From assembly GCA_026395685.1 (NCBI GenBank), contig JAPLYG010000006.1, positions 4,943 to 68,942 on the forward strand: a stretch of DNA of 64,000 bases. The letters are read 5' to 3'. The position numbers and the translations under genes were made by a program. Source of the DNA: Candidatus Parcubacteria bacterium (GTDB taxonomy: Bacteria; Patescibacteriota; Patescibacteriia; CAIXNZ01). Shown in pieces: positions 29,303 through 37,939 of the stretch. The stretch's first letter is position 1; the number at the start of each line of letters is the position of its first letter. The notes beneath the pieces are model-generated. The model was not told the DNA's origin, searched no databases, and saw only the letters and a program-made list of their open reading frames with translations.

Positions 29303-29390
29303 GGGGAGAGATTGCTAAAAGCAACCTCCCCGCCTAAATTGAGTCTTTTTCCAAGGGAAGAAGCTTCAAAAGTAGGTTAAGTTCATAAAA
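29303..29390 (+). repeat. Cassette repeat R3
   Basis: ggggag..ctcccc gcctaaattgagtcttttt..aagaagcttcaaaagtaggttaagttcataaaa. Confidence 0.9.
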
Positions 29391-29427
29391 TTAAACAATC
29401 TTAATTACATTATTAATTATAAATAAT

Positions 29428-30123
29428 ATGTATAAAATTTATAACCATACTTCAGCAAAAATGAAAGAGATTGGCCAGCAGTCGGTTGACTTGATTTTTA
29501 CTTCGCCTCCATATAACATCAGCACCAGCTACGGCAAATATCGGGATAATTTGAGTCTCAAAGCGTACCAAAAATTTCTGCAGTCAGTTATCGGCGAATG
29601 CGCCAGAGTAATTAAAAAAGACGGTAAATTAATTATTGAAGTCGCTGACAGTGTTTTGATTGGCTCAAAATATCTGCAGCTTGCAGCGCTGATTGCCAAA
29701 TATTGCCTGGCTAAAGATTTTGTTTTGGTTACCAGATACATTAACTTTATTAAAACCAGCAATAAAGTGGAATTGGCTGATCATAATATGACGCCTGACT
29801 TTATTAATAAAGGCGATACGCATTCCAACTGTCATCAGCTTTTGATTTTTGTCAAAAAGCCTAAACAGCATGAATTTAAAGATGAAGTTTTATACATTAA
29901 TTATCTGGATTCCAAAGAGCACCCTTGCCCGACGCCGAAAGCCATGCTGACTTTTATTTTAAACAGATATTTTAAGAAAGGCTATAAAGTTTTAGACCCT
30001 TTTAGCGGTACGGCTAATCTTGGCGCGGAAGTCTTGAAACGGGGTGGGGATTTCTATGGTTATGAAATAAATAGCGGTTTCTGTAAAATTGCTGAGCAAA
30101 AGTTAAAATCATTTAAATATTAA
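29428..30123 (+). CDS. DNA methyltransferase, beta class (N4-C/N6-A), apparently solitary
   Basis: Motif IV FTSPPY before motif I VLDPFSGTA; HPCPTP. Confidence 0.85.
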   Translation: MYKIYNHTSAKMKEIGQQSVDLIFTSPPYNISTSYGKYRDNLSLKAYQKFLQSVIGECARVIKKDGKLIIEVADSVLIGSKYLQLAALIAKYCLAKDFVLVTRYINFIKTSNKVELADHNMTPDFINKGDTHSNCHQLLIFVKKPKQHEFKDEVLYINYLDSKEHPCPTPKAMLTFILNRYFKKGYKVLDPFSGTANLGAEVLKRGGDFYGYEINSGFCKIAEQKLKSFKY

Positions 30124-30268
30124 AAAAGCCTCTGTTAACACGGGGCTTTTTTGAATAATATATAAATATTAAAAATCGAAGCGTCCTCCTCTTGTCACCC
30201 TAAGCATAGCCGAAGGGCGATGCTGTTGATTATGGTTCGACAAAGCTCACCAAAGTAACACCCTGGAT

Positions 30269-31438
30269 TTAATTATTTAGTAAGTCTTTCCCTCTTTGCG
30301 CCCAGTCTGTGAATCCGCGGTCTTCCATTTCAATTATATAGTCGGCTAAGACCTGGTCTTTGGATTTAGCATCATTAATAAGCGGCAAATAAAAGTTTAA
30401 TAAGTCAAAATGCGCCTGTTCTCGCTGGGTCTCGTCTTCCAGTTGCAGCCAGGCATAATTTTGGTAAGCCCAAATTACAAATTCCGGATTTTTCAGCCCG
30501 TTATTAATGTTGTCCAATATTTTTTGCTGAACCTGTTCCTGGCTTTGGCCCGAATAAGCTCCTTCCGGGATTACTTTGGCAATAGGCTTAATTAACCTAT
30601 CAACATATTCATTTATTTTTTCCGGGTCATAAGCAATATCCTGAACAGCATAAGCCGGACGCATCAGCAGCTGAATTCGTTCCGGATGATTGGGAGTATC
30701 CATTTTTTTTACTTCTTCAGCCAAAAGCTGAGCCTGTTTAAAGGTAATATCGGTTCGAACCAATTTGTACATTAAATATTTAACCGGCATTGAAAATCCA
30801 GAATCAATCTGCGGCGTAAATTTAATTATCATCTGTTTGATAAAAGTAGAATGATTTCTGGCGCGCTGAGGTTCTCCAATGGCATAGCCCTGCCGCAGTC
30901 TCAGCCACTGCATTGTTTCAGTCGTTGGTAATTTTAACTGGCGGAAAATGCCTATGGCTTCGGAAAATCCCACAAAGACGACATAGTCAGGCTTTTGTCC
31001 CAGAATTTTTTCAATTTGTTTTACCCCATAATCTATGCCGCCGATTTCGCAGGCTTTGGAAACATAATAATCAGTTGATAAGTGGCCAGTGCCTGGCAAT
31101 GGAGAATAAGTGCCGCGGGGGACTGCAGTAATAGTGATTTTTTGGGTCAAACGATTTATTTCAATCAGCTGAATGGCATCACAATGGCCATTAGTCTGGC
31201 CAATGCGGTTATCTAAACCGATAAACAATATTTTAACCAGATTGTCTTTGCCAAAAGGATCACTTTCTTCTCCGCTTTGACTTTGCTGGCGGCGGGCGCT
31301 GATTAATTGTTCAATTTGGCTTTCTTGTACTTTATTATTTAAAGAAGTAGAGCTTTTGAGAAAAGAATAAACAAAAAATATGCCCAAAATGATCAGCAGT
31401 AAGATAATAATAAAAATTATTTTTTTTCGTTTAGTCAT
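30269..31438 (-). CDS. LytR-CpsA-Psr (LCP) family protein
   Basis: N-terminal TM helix; ILFIGLD..HCDAIQL..ITAVPRGT. Confidence 0.75.
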   Translation of the reverse strand: MTKRKKIIFIIILLLIILGIFFVYSFLKSSTSLNNKVQESQIEQLISARRQQSQSGEESDPFGKDNLVKILFIGLDNRIGQTNGHCDAIQLIEINRLTQKITITAVPRGTYSPLPGTGHLSTDYYVSKACEIGGIDYGVKQIEKILGQKPDYVVFVGFSEAIGIFRQLKLPTTETMQWLRLRQGYAIGEPQRARNHSTFIKQMIIKFTPQIDSGFSMPVKYLMYKLVRTDITFKQAQLLAEEVKKMDTPNHPERIQLLMRPAYAVQDIAYDPEKINEYVDRLIKPIAKVIPEGAYSGQSQEQVQQKILDNINNGLKNPEFVIWAYQNYAWLQLEDETQREQAHFDLLNFYLPLINDAKSKDQVLADYIIEMEDRGFTDWAQRGKDLLNN

Positions 31439-31487
31439 AAACAAGCCAAACCGCACTCGTGACAGAGGGCGGTTTTATTAATCGCGT

Positions 31488-34403
31488 TTAATCCAGTATA
31501 TTGATGATCAGTTTATTGGATTGGCTTTTAGCGCCTGATTCTTCTTCAAATTCGCCAAAGATTTCATAAGTGCCGCTGGTTTGTACTCCCTGCCAGACAA
31601 CTGTCATTTCTTCGGCTTTAAGGTCGTATATATCAGCGAGCTTTGTCGTTTGGCTGGAACCGAATTGAGAATAATATAAAGTAAGCTTTTTAATACCCGT
31701 TATCTTTGTCAGGTTGAAATTAATATTCAGAGGAAAAGATGATTTATAATAAGTTACATTGTCTCGGCCAGACAGCCAGGTTATTTGCGGGGCTGCATAA
31801 GGCAATTTAAGGTTTACTTCAATTTCAACTGAGGCAGAATTATCAATATCATCATAAGCCGTGGCTTTCAATTTGTGATAACCATTAACCGCATCAATTC
31901 CGTTCAAATCCAGGCCAAAAGGATAAGTGGCGGACATGCCGACGATCTGACCGTCAATTTCATAAATAACCTTACTCAGGCCGCGGGGAGCATTGGCCAT
32001 AACATTGAATTTGATGGGATACGATTCCAGGGTCTGATTATTTTGAGGCGATAAGATTGATATGGTCGGAAAATTTTCAGGCACATGAAGATCATCATAT
32101 TCCGTCGGTACTGTTTCCGAACTTAATTCAATATTTTGTTCTTTGGCAATTTTTTCTGCCCAGGCTTTGACTCCTTCTTCCCAGGGAATAAACATCGGAT
32201 CAGCTTGGGGATTTTCCGGTGCAGACCCGCGCGGATCGTCTTTATTTACATAATAAATAATATCATGATGTTGATTGAATTTTTTCTTAATGCGGTAAGA
32301 GGAGGGAGTATAGGGGGTGGCTAATTTGCCTGATGCTTTATCAATTTCTACTTCCATATCAGCGGGAATAACACCGCGTAAAATTGGCTTCAGATCAGGA
32401 CTCAATTCTTCCGGCGCTTTGAAATATTCAACCGGCGTATCAGCTAACGTACGGCGCATATATTCATTCATAATTGGCGCAGCCACGTTAACGCCATCGG
32501 CACGGCCGGTCATATCATCTCCGTTGCTGTTACCGACCCAAACACCGGTGACATATGAAGGCGTATAGCCGATTGTCCAGGCATCATTATTATCATTAGT
32601 TGTGCCGGTCTTGCCGGCTAAGGGACGATCTTTCAAGGTCAGGGGAGAGCCGGCGCCAAAGATATAGGCCCTGGCCGCATCATCGGTTAAAATGCTGTTT
32701 ATTTGGCGGGCGGTATTTTCACTCCAGACTTTATGTTTTATTTCTTTAAATTCATCCAGCACTTTGCCGTCTTTGTCTTCTATTTTTAAAATGGCTGCAA
32801 GTTCTGCCCGTTCGCCGTCTCGCGCAAAAGCTGTAAAAGCGCCGACATGGTCAATTAGTTTTACTTCACAGCCGCCCAAAACTAAAGCTAAGCCGCATTG
32901 GCTCTTATCAGTAATAGTTGAATAGCCCAGATCCTGCATTATTTTTTTGACATTTTCATAGCCGGCTAAGTATAGTGTTTTAACGGCAGGAATATTTAAA
33001 GATCCGGCTAAGGCACGGCGCATAGTTATCGGGCCTCTTTCTTTTTTATCATAATCTCTCGGTTCATAAGGTTTGGGACTTGAAGGGAAGGTAGTATTTA
33101 CATCATATAATACAGTTTCGGTGGTGAATCCTTTTTCAAATGCAGCCGCATAAACGATTGGTTTAATTGAGGAACCTGGTTGGCGGGGCTGGATAGTAAC
33201 ATTTACCTGTCCGTCAATTTCTTCATTGGTAAAATCTTGCGAGCCCACCATGGCCAGGATTTCACCGGTTTTGGCATCAACTGATACCATGGCGGCATTA
33301 GTTGCTTTATAGGTTAGATTTTTTTCATTGGCATTTGTGACTGCTTCCTCGGCAATTTTTTGTTTATCTAAATCCAAAGTAGTAATCACTTTTATTCCCC
33401 CTTGTTCCAGGGCTTTTTCTCCCAATTTTTCCGCCAAGAGCTCTTTGACATAGAAAACAAAATGAGGAGCTGTTATGCCTGATAAGGATTCTTTTTGAAA
33501 TTCTACTTTTTCCGCCTTAGCAGTCTCAGCTTCTTCTTTGGTAATTGCACCGGTTTCAACCATGGAATCCAAGATCCAGCGTTGGCGGGCATATAGCTGA
33601 TCAATATTTGAGCCATAAGGAGAAAGTCTGGTGGGAGCCTGAGGCAAGGCTGATAAAATAGCAGCTTCCGCTAAAGTTACATCTTTGGCATGTTTGCCGA
33701 AAAAGTAGTTGGCGGCAGATTCCACACCATAATTTACCGAGCCATAAGGTATTTCATTGAAATACATTTTTAAAATCTGGTCTTTGCTGAATTTTTTTTC
33801 AATTTGGTAGGATAAAACCCATTCTTTCATCTTGCGGGAAATACTACGCTCGTCAGTTAAAATCGCTTTTTTGACTAATTGCTGGGTAATTGTTGAGCCG
33901 CCGCGAAAGCCCCGGCCGAGTAAGGGGTCAATAACCACGCCTTCAATGATGGAAAAAAAGTTTATGCCATGATGTTCATAAAAGTGGCGGTCTTCGGCAG
34001 CTATAGTCGCTTTAACAATATAGGGAGAAATCTGATCCAGTTCAATTACAGTTCTTTTTTCATTGCCATGAATTTCATATAGCAATGTTTCACCCTTGCG
34101 GTCATAGATTTTAGTTGACTGGGCAATCACGCGGTCAATGACCTTGTTTGGATCGGGCAAGTCATGAGAATACCAAGCTAAAGCTGCCATGAAAACAATG
34201 CCGCCCAAAAGAACGCAGACTACTCCTACGGAGAACAGAGTAACAACAATTTTTTTACCCAAGCCTTGTTTTTTATTCTTCCAAAGCCTGATAAAAAGCG
34301 AAAATAAGGCTAAAAAATTAGTCTTTAAAAAGCCGTCTCTTTTTAGCTGTTTTTTGTATTTTTCCCAGTTTTTTGGGGACTGGGTTAATTGGGGAATAGG
34401 CAT
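31488..34403 (-). CDS. Class A penicillin-binding protein (PBP1A family)
   Basis: AAEDRHF, GGSTITQQLVK, RQPGSSIKP, SLN and KTG motifs. Confidence 0.95.
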   Translation of the reverse strand: MPIPQLTQSPKNWEKYKKQLKRDGFLKTNFLALFSLFIRLWKNKKQGLGKKIVVTLFSVGVVCVLLGGIVFMAALAWYSHDLPDPNKVIDRVIAQSTKIYDRKGETLLYEIHGNEKRTVIELDQISPYIVKATIAAEDRHFYEHHGINFFSIIEGVVIDPLLGRGFRGGSTITQQLVKKAILTDERSISRKMKEWVLSYQIEKKFSKDQILKMYFNEIPYGSVNYGVESAANYFFGKHAKDVTLAEAAILSALPQAPTRLSPYGSNIDQLYARQRWILDSMVETGAITKEEAETAKAEKVEFQKESLSGITAPHFVFYVKELLAEKLGEKALEQGGIKVITTLDLDKQKIAEEAVTNANEKNLTYKATNAAMVSVDAKTGEILAMVGSQDFTNEEIDGQVNVTIQPRQPGSSIKPIVYAAAFEKGFTTETVLYDVNTTFPSSPKPYEPRDYDKKERGPITMRRALAGSLNIPAVKTLYLAGYENVKKIMQDLGYSTITDKSQCGLALVLGGCEVKLIDHVGAFTAFARDGERAELAAILKIEDKDGKVLDEFKEIKHKVWSENTARQINSILTDDAARAYIFGAGSPLTLKDRPLAGKTGTTNDNNDAWTIGYTPSYVTGVWVGNSNGDDMTGRADGVNVAAPIMNEYMRRTLADTPVEYFKAPEELSPDLKPILRGVIPADMEVEIDKASGKLATPYTPSSYRIKKKFNQHHDIIYYVNKDDPRGSAPENPQADPMFIPWEEGVKAWAEKIAKEQNIELSSETVPTEYDDLHVPENFPTISILSPQNNQTLESYPIKFNVMANAPRGLSKVIYEIDGQIVGMSATYPFGLDLNGIDAVNGYHKLKATAYDDIDNSASVEIEVNLKLPYAAPQITWLSGRDNVTYYKSSFPLNINFNLTKITGIKKLTLYYSQFGSSQTTKLADIYDLKAEEMTVVWQGVQTSGTYEIFGEFEEESGAKSQSNKLIINILD

Positions 34404-34430
34404 TTTTTTAAATTAAAATGTAGATATATT

Positions 34431-34995
34431 TAAGTCTAAAGTATAAAGGCTAAAGTCTAAGTTTTAGGAAGTTTTTTTGTTAAGTCTAAAGTATAAAGGC
34501 TAAAGTCTAAGTTTTAGGAAGTTTTTTTGTTAAGTCTAAAGTATAAAGGCTAAAGTCTAAGTTTTGGAAGTTTTTATTAAATTTAGGCTTTAGTCTTTTC
34601 TTTGTTTTCTATGGTTAAAATTGATTTTGAAAATATCAATGTTAGTTCATGAGCTTCTTGCCATAATTTTTGGCAATCATTTTTAAGTTCGGGAATTGCT
34701 TTAGAAATTAAATCCAGCCAATATTTAGATTCCTTTGCTTCCTTTTTACAAATATATAATTTATTTTTAAAATCACGCTTTGAACATGCGCCATTTGCTT
34801 CGCAGTAATTAGCTCCAACGCTGGTTACAGCTCGCACCAATTGGCTGATGAGAGGAAGAGTAATTACTGTTTTGGGGATTATACTTGCAAAAATGATAAT
34901 TTCTTCGCTGAATTTTTTTGTTCTTTCTTCTAGGTTATTAGGCATTTTAATATAAATTCATTAATTTAGCCTTTAGAACTTAGCCTTTAGACTTT
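34431..34995 (-). mobile_element. Four-helix-bundle gene enclosed by inverted TAAAG(T/G)C heptamer arms; downstream arm amplified as a 50-bp tandem repeat x3
   Basis: taagtctaaagtataaaggctaaagtctaag at 34431, 34481 and 34531; inverted tttagcctttagaacttagcctttagactt at 34965-34994. Confidence 0.6.
34583..34945 (-). CDS. Four helix bundle protein (23S rRNA IVS protein family)
   Basis: LEERTKKF...QLVRAVTSVGANYCEAN...DFKNKLYICKKEAKESKYWL. Confidence 0.92.
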   Translation of the reverse strand: MPNNLEERTKKFSEEIIIFASIIPKTVITLPLISQLVRAVTSVGANYCEANGACSKRDFKNKLYICKKEAKESKYWLDLISKAIPELKNDCQKLWQEAHELTLIFSKSILTIENKEKTKA

Positions 34996-35100
34996 GAATT
35001 AATTGAATTATAGTATAATTAGGGAAAATTTTCAAGGTTTGGATTTTGACTTGACTAGGACAAATAAAAGGCATACCTTATGTCTAAGGGGGGAACAAAA

Positions 35101-35412
35101 ATGTCAAAAATCATTTTCTGGTTCTTGGTATCTATCTTTGGAGTTTCAATCTGCACGATCTTTTGCGGTTTAGCCTACTTTGGAGGGTATGGGGTGCAGT
35201 TTTTCTGCACTGAATGGCTGGTCAACCATTATGGCCCCTATGCCTTAATAGGGATGGCAGTTTTCAGGGGCAGCATCCTGTTTATTTCTGCCATGGCAGC
35301 GCTGACCGTAAGTTATTTTATTCTGCGCAAGCAGATAACAGACCCAAATAGCGACTTCCGCGAGGTTAGCCTGTATTTCCACGCTGATCAAGCGGATATT
35401 GATTCCCATTAA
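35101..35412 (+). CDS. Small membrane protein
   Basis: AAGGGGG SD; hydrophobic; terminator hairpin follows. Confidence 0.55.
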   Translation: MSKIIFWFLVSIFGVSICTIFCGLAYFGGYGVQFFCTEWLVNHYGPYALIGMAVFRGSILFISAMAALTVSYFILRKQITDPNSDFREVSLYFHADQADIDSH

Positions 35413-35502
35413 CAGGCAAGCAAGCAGGGAAGGTTCCCTGCTTTTTTCTTTTATTTAAAACTCAAAAGAGCTCTGAAGTACGGAGCTCTTTTATAATAAT
35501 AC

Positions 35503-36015
35503 TTATTTGGTTTTATCCAGGAAGCTTTTGGCCTGTAAATAGGTGAGAGCAATGGCCAGGGCATCAGCCGCGTCATCGGGTTTGGGAATGGATTTTAATT
35601 TGAGTAAGATTTTGACCATGTTTTGCACCTGGCATTTGTCAGCCTGACCATAACCGCAGACAGCCTGCTTAACCTGCAGAGGCGTGAATTCAAAAAGCGG
35701 AAGCTTATTTAAAATAGCTGTTAGCAAAATTACTCCGCGGGCTTGGCCGACATTAAGGGCGGTTTTGACGTTTTTGGCAAAGTATAATTGTTCCACGCAA
35801 ATGGCGTCAGGCTTGTATTTTTTTATCAGTTTAGTTAAGGCCTGATGTATGTATTTTAGCCGTTCGGGAAACTGTTCTTTGCTGGAAGTTTCAATCACTC
35901 CGTAATCAATGACTTTCTGCACCTTGTTGCTTTCTGAAATAAAAGCAAAACCCGTCGTGGCAAAGCCGGGATCGACCCCGAGAATGGTGAATTTAGAAAA
36001 TGTTATCGACTTCAT
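35503..36015 (-). CDS. ruvC: Holliday junction resolvase RuvC
   Basis: ILGVDPG, EQLYF, GQARGV, DDAADALAIA. Confidence 0.96.
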   Translation of the reverse strand: MKSITFSKFTILGVDPGFATTGFAFISESNKVQKVIDYGVIETSSKEQFPERLKYIHQALTKLIKKYKPDAICVEQLYFAKNVKTALNVGQARGVILLTAILNKLPLFEFTPLQVKQAVCGYGQADKCQVQNMVKILLKLKSIPKPDDAADALAIALTYLQAKSFLDKTK

Positions 36016-36055
36016 ATTATGTAGTAATTTTAGCAGAAAAGAGGTTTAATGACAA

Positions 36056-36167
36056 AACGAAGAAGCGATTTGCAAATCGCTTCTTCGTTATACGATAACT
36101 TAAATTCGGCAAAATTAAAAATCGGTTTGAAAAAACGGAGGAAACGGTCGCGAACATTCTTTACGGA
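36056..36167. repeat. REP-like palindromes between ruvC and yebC
   Basis: 34-bp perfect palindrome aacgaagaagcgatttgcaaatcgcttcttcgtt; degenerate ggaaacggtcgcgaacattctt. Confidence 0.65.
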
Positions 36168-36192
36168 TACGGTTTATTATGCCGATTTTTAT

Positions 36193-36918
36193 TCACTCTA
36201 AGTTCGTATAATAATCCTCCACATCTTCATTTTCATCCAAAGCTTCAAGGAAGGCTGAAATTTTTTGGCCTGTTTCGTCGTCAACTTTAACTTTTTCTTT
36301 GGCCACATATTCCATGGCCGCATCTTCGAGATTAAAATTCAGATCTTCAAGCCCCTTTCTAACCTTTTGTAAATCAGAAACTCCGCAATAAACAGTAACC
36401 CCTTCATCGCCCTTTATAATATCTTGCGCACCCAGATCAATTAATTGAAGTTCCAGCTCATCCCAGTTTCTTCCGGTTAATTGTTCGTTATTTAGCCGAA
36501 TTACCCCTTTATGCTCAAATTGCCAGGCCACGGCGCCCGGACCAGCCAAGGATCCGCCATATTCAGAAAAAAGATGCTTTAATTCCGAGGAAGCTCGGTT
36601 TTTATTGTCAGTTAAACATTTAAGAATTATTGCCACCCCGCTTGGCCCAAAGCCTTCATAAACCATTTCTTCAATAATTGCACCATCACCGTCGCCAGTA
36701 CCGCGTTTAATTGCCCGGTCAATGTTGTCTTTGGGCATATTGGCGGCCTTGGCCTTGTCCATGGCTAAACGCAAAGAAAAATTAATGGCAGGATCTCCGC
36801 CCTTATCTCTGGCTGCCACGGTAATTAATTTTGCCAGCTTAGTAAACAAAATAGCGCGTCTGGCATCTGTTGCGCCCTTGGCTCTTTTAGTTGTCGCCCA
36901 CTTGGAGTGACCGGACAT
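36193..36918 (-). CDS. yebC: YebC/PmpR family protein
   Basis: MSGHSKW start; YEGFGPSG; TDNKNR. Confidence 0.96.
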   Translation of the reverse strand: MSGHSKWATTKRAKGATDARRAILFTKLAKLITVAARDKGGDPAINFSLRLAMDKAKAANMPKDNIDRAIKRGTGDGDGAIIEEMVYEGFGPSGVAIILKCLTDNKNRASSELKHLFSEYGGSLAGPGAVAWQFEHKGVIRLNNEQLTGRNWDELELQLIDLGAQDIIKGDEGVTVYCGVSDLQKVRKGLEDLNFNLEDAAMEYVAKEKVKVDDETGQKISAFLEALDENEDVEDYYTNLE

Positions 36919-36926
36919 AATTTTAT

Positions 36927-37046
36927 AGGTGAATAGTGAATGGGGAATGATGCTGGTAAGTGCAAAGTATTTTGGTATGGTGCATCTAATCACTTAACCA
37001 AAACACCAGATACCTTCTAGCCTCCTAACCATTACCCATTTTACCT
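36927..37046. repeat. Palindromic family A copy
   Basis: gatgctggtaagtg ... ccttctagcctcctaacc. Confidence 0.7.
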
Positions 37047-37269
37047 CGTTTAATAATAGAATCTTACCAAACCAGCAGTATAAAATCAAGATATAAAATC
37101 AATCGGCAAAGAAGTTAAGTTTATCCACAAAACCTATTGCTATTATTAAAGTAATTGTTATACTTATTAACAAGAAAGATCTTTAAGCGAGTTTTTAAAT
37201 TATATCTAAACAGCCCTGGGCAGTTATTTTGCTTCCATGCCTGGTAAAATAACACCAGGGTTTTATATT

Positions 37270-37899
37270 ATGTTTTATCTTTTGGGGATCATTTTGATTT
37301 TAACTGTTATCCTATTGGTGCTTTATTATTCGGGTTTGTATGCAATAACTTTTTATTTTGCCTGGCTGGTGATTATCTGCACATATATTGTGCTTTTTTT
37401 TCTGATTATTCATTTATACCGAGTTTTTTTCAAAGGTTATGCTCCCTATATCCGCACTTCAGGGGAGCTAATAAAAAGAGTTATCGGGGAAATAGACTTT
37501 AAAGAAGGGGCCTCTGTTTATGAGCTTGGCTGCGGGGACGGACGTTTTTTACGCGCCTTAGCAAAACAAAAGAATATTAGGGCAGTCGGCTTTGAAAATT
37601 TTTTACCCCCATATTTACTCGCCCAGCTTTTTAATTTATTCAGCGCAAAAAAAATTAAGATTGTATTCAGTGATTTTTTTAAAAAGGATTTAAGCCAGGC
37701 TGATTATATTTTTTGTTATTTATTGCCCAGGAGCATGGATGTTTTGGAACAAAAGCTGCAGCGCGAATTAAAGCCTGGCGTTCTGGTTATTTCCAATACA
37801 TTTAAATTTAAGAATTGGCCGCTGGAAAAGGAGATTCTTTTATCCGGCAGTAAATACAGCAAATTAAGCAGTAAAATATATTTATATCGTAAAATTTAA
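37270..37899 (+). CDS. Membrane-anchored class I SAM-dependent methyltransferase
   Basis: APYIRT, YELGCGDGR, ELKPG..VISNTF. Confidence 0.85.
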   Translation: MFYLLGIILILTVILLVLYYSGLYAITFYFAWLVIICTYIVLFFLIIHLYRVFFKGYAPYIRTSGELIKRVIGEIDFKEGASVYELGCGDGRFLRALAKQKNIRAVGFENFLPPYLLAQLFNLFSAKKIKIVFSDFFKKDLSQADYIFCYLLPRSMDVLEQKLQRELKPGVLVISNTFKFKNWPLEKEILLSGSKYSKLSSKIYLYRKI

Positions 37900-37939
37900 G
37901 TTAATGTCCAAGCTCCGTGCTTTTTGATATAATTAAGCT

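Noticed and set aside
27950-29390. Canonical integron attC sites
   Set aside because: No RYYYAAC/GTTRRRY complementary pair closes the hairpin and there is no intI; kept only as an analogy.
34431-34575. CRISPR array
   Set aside because: The units are contiguous tandem copies with no unique spacers, and no cas genes are present in the window.
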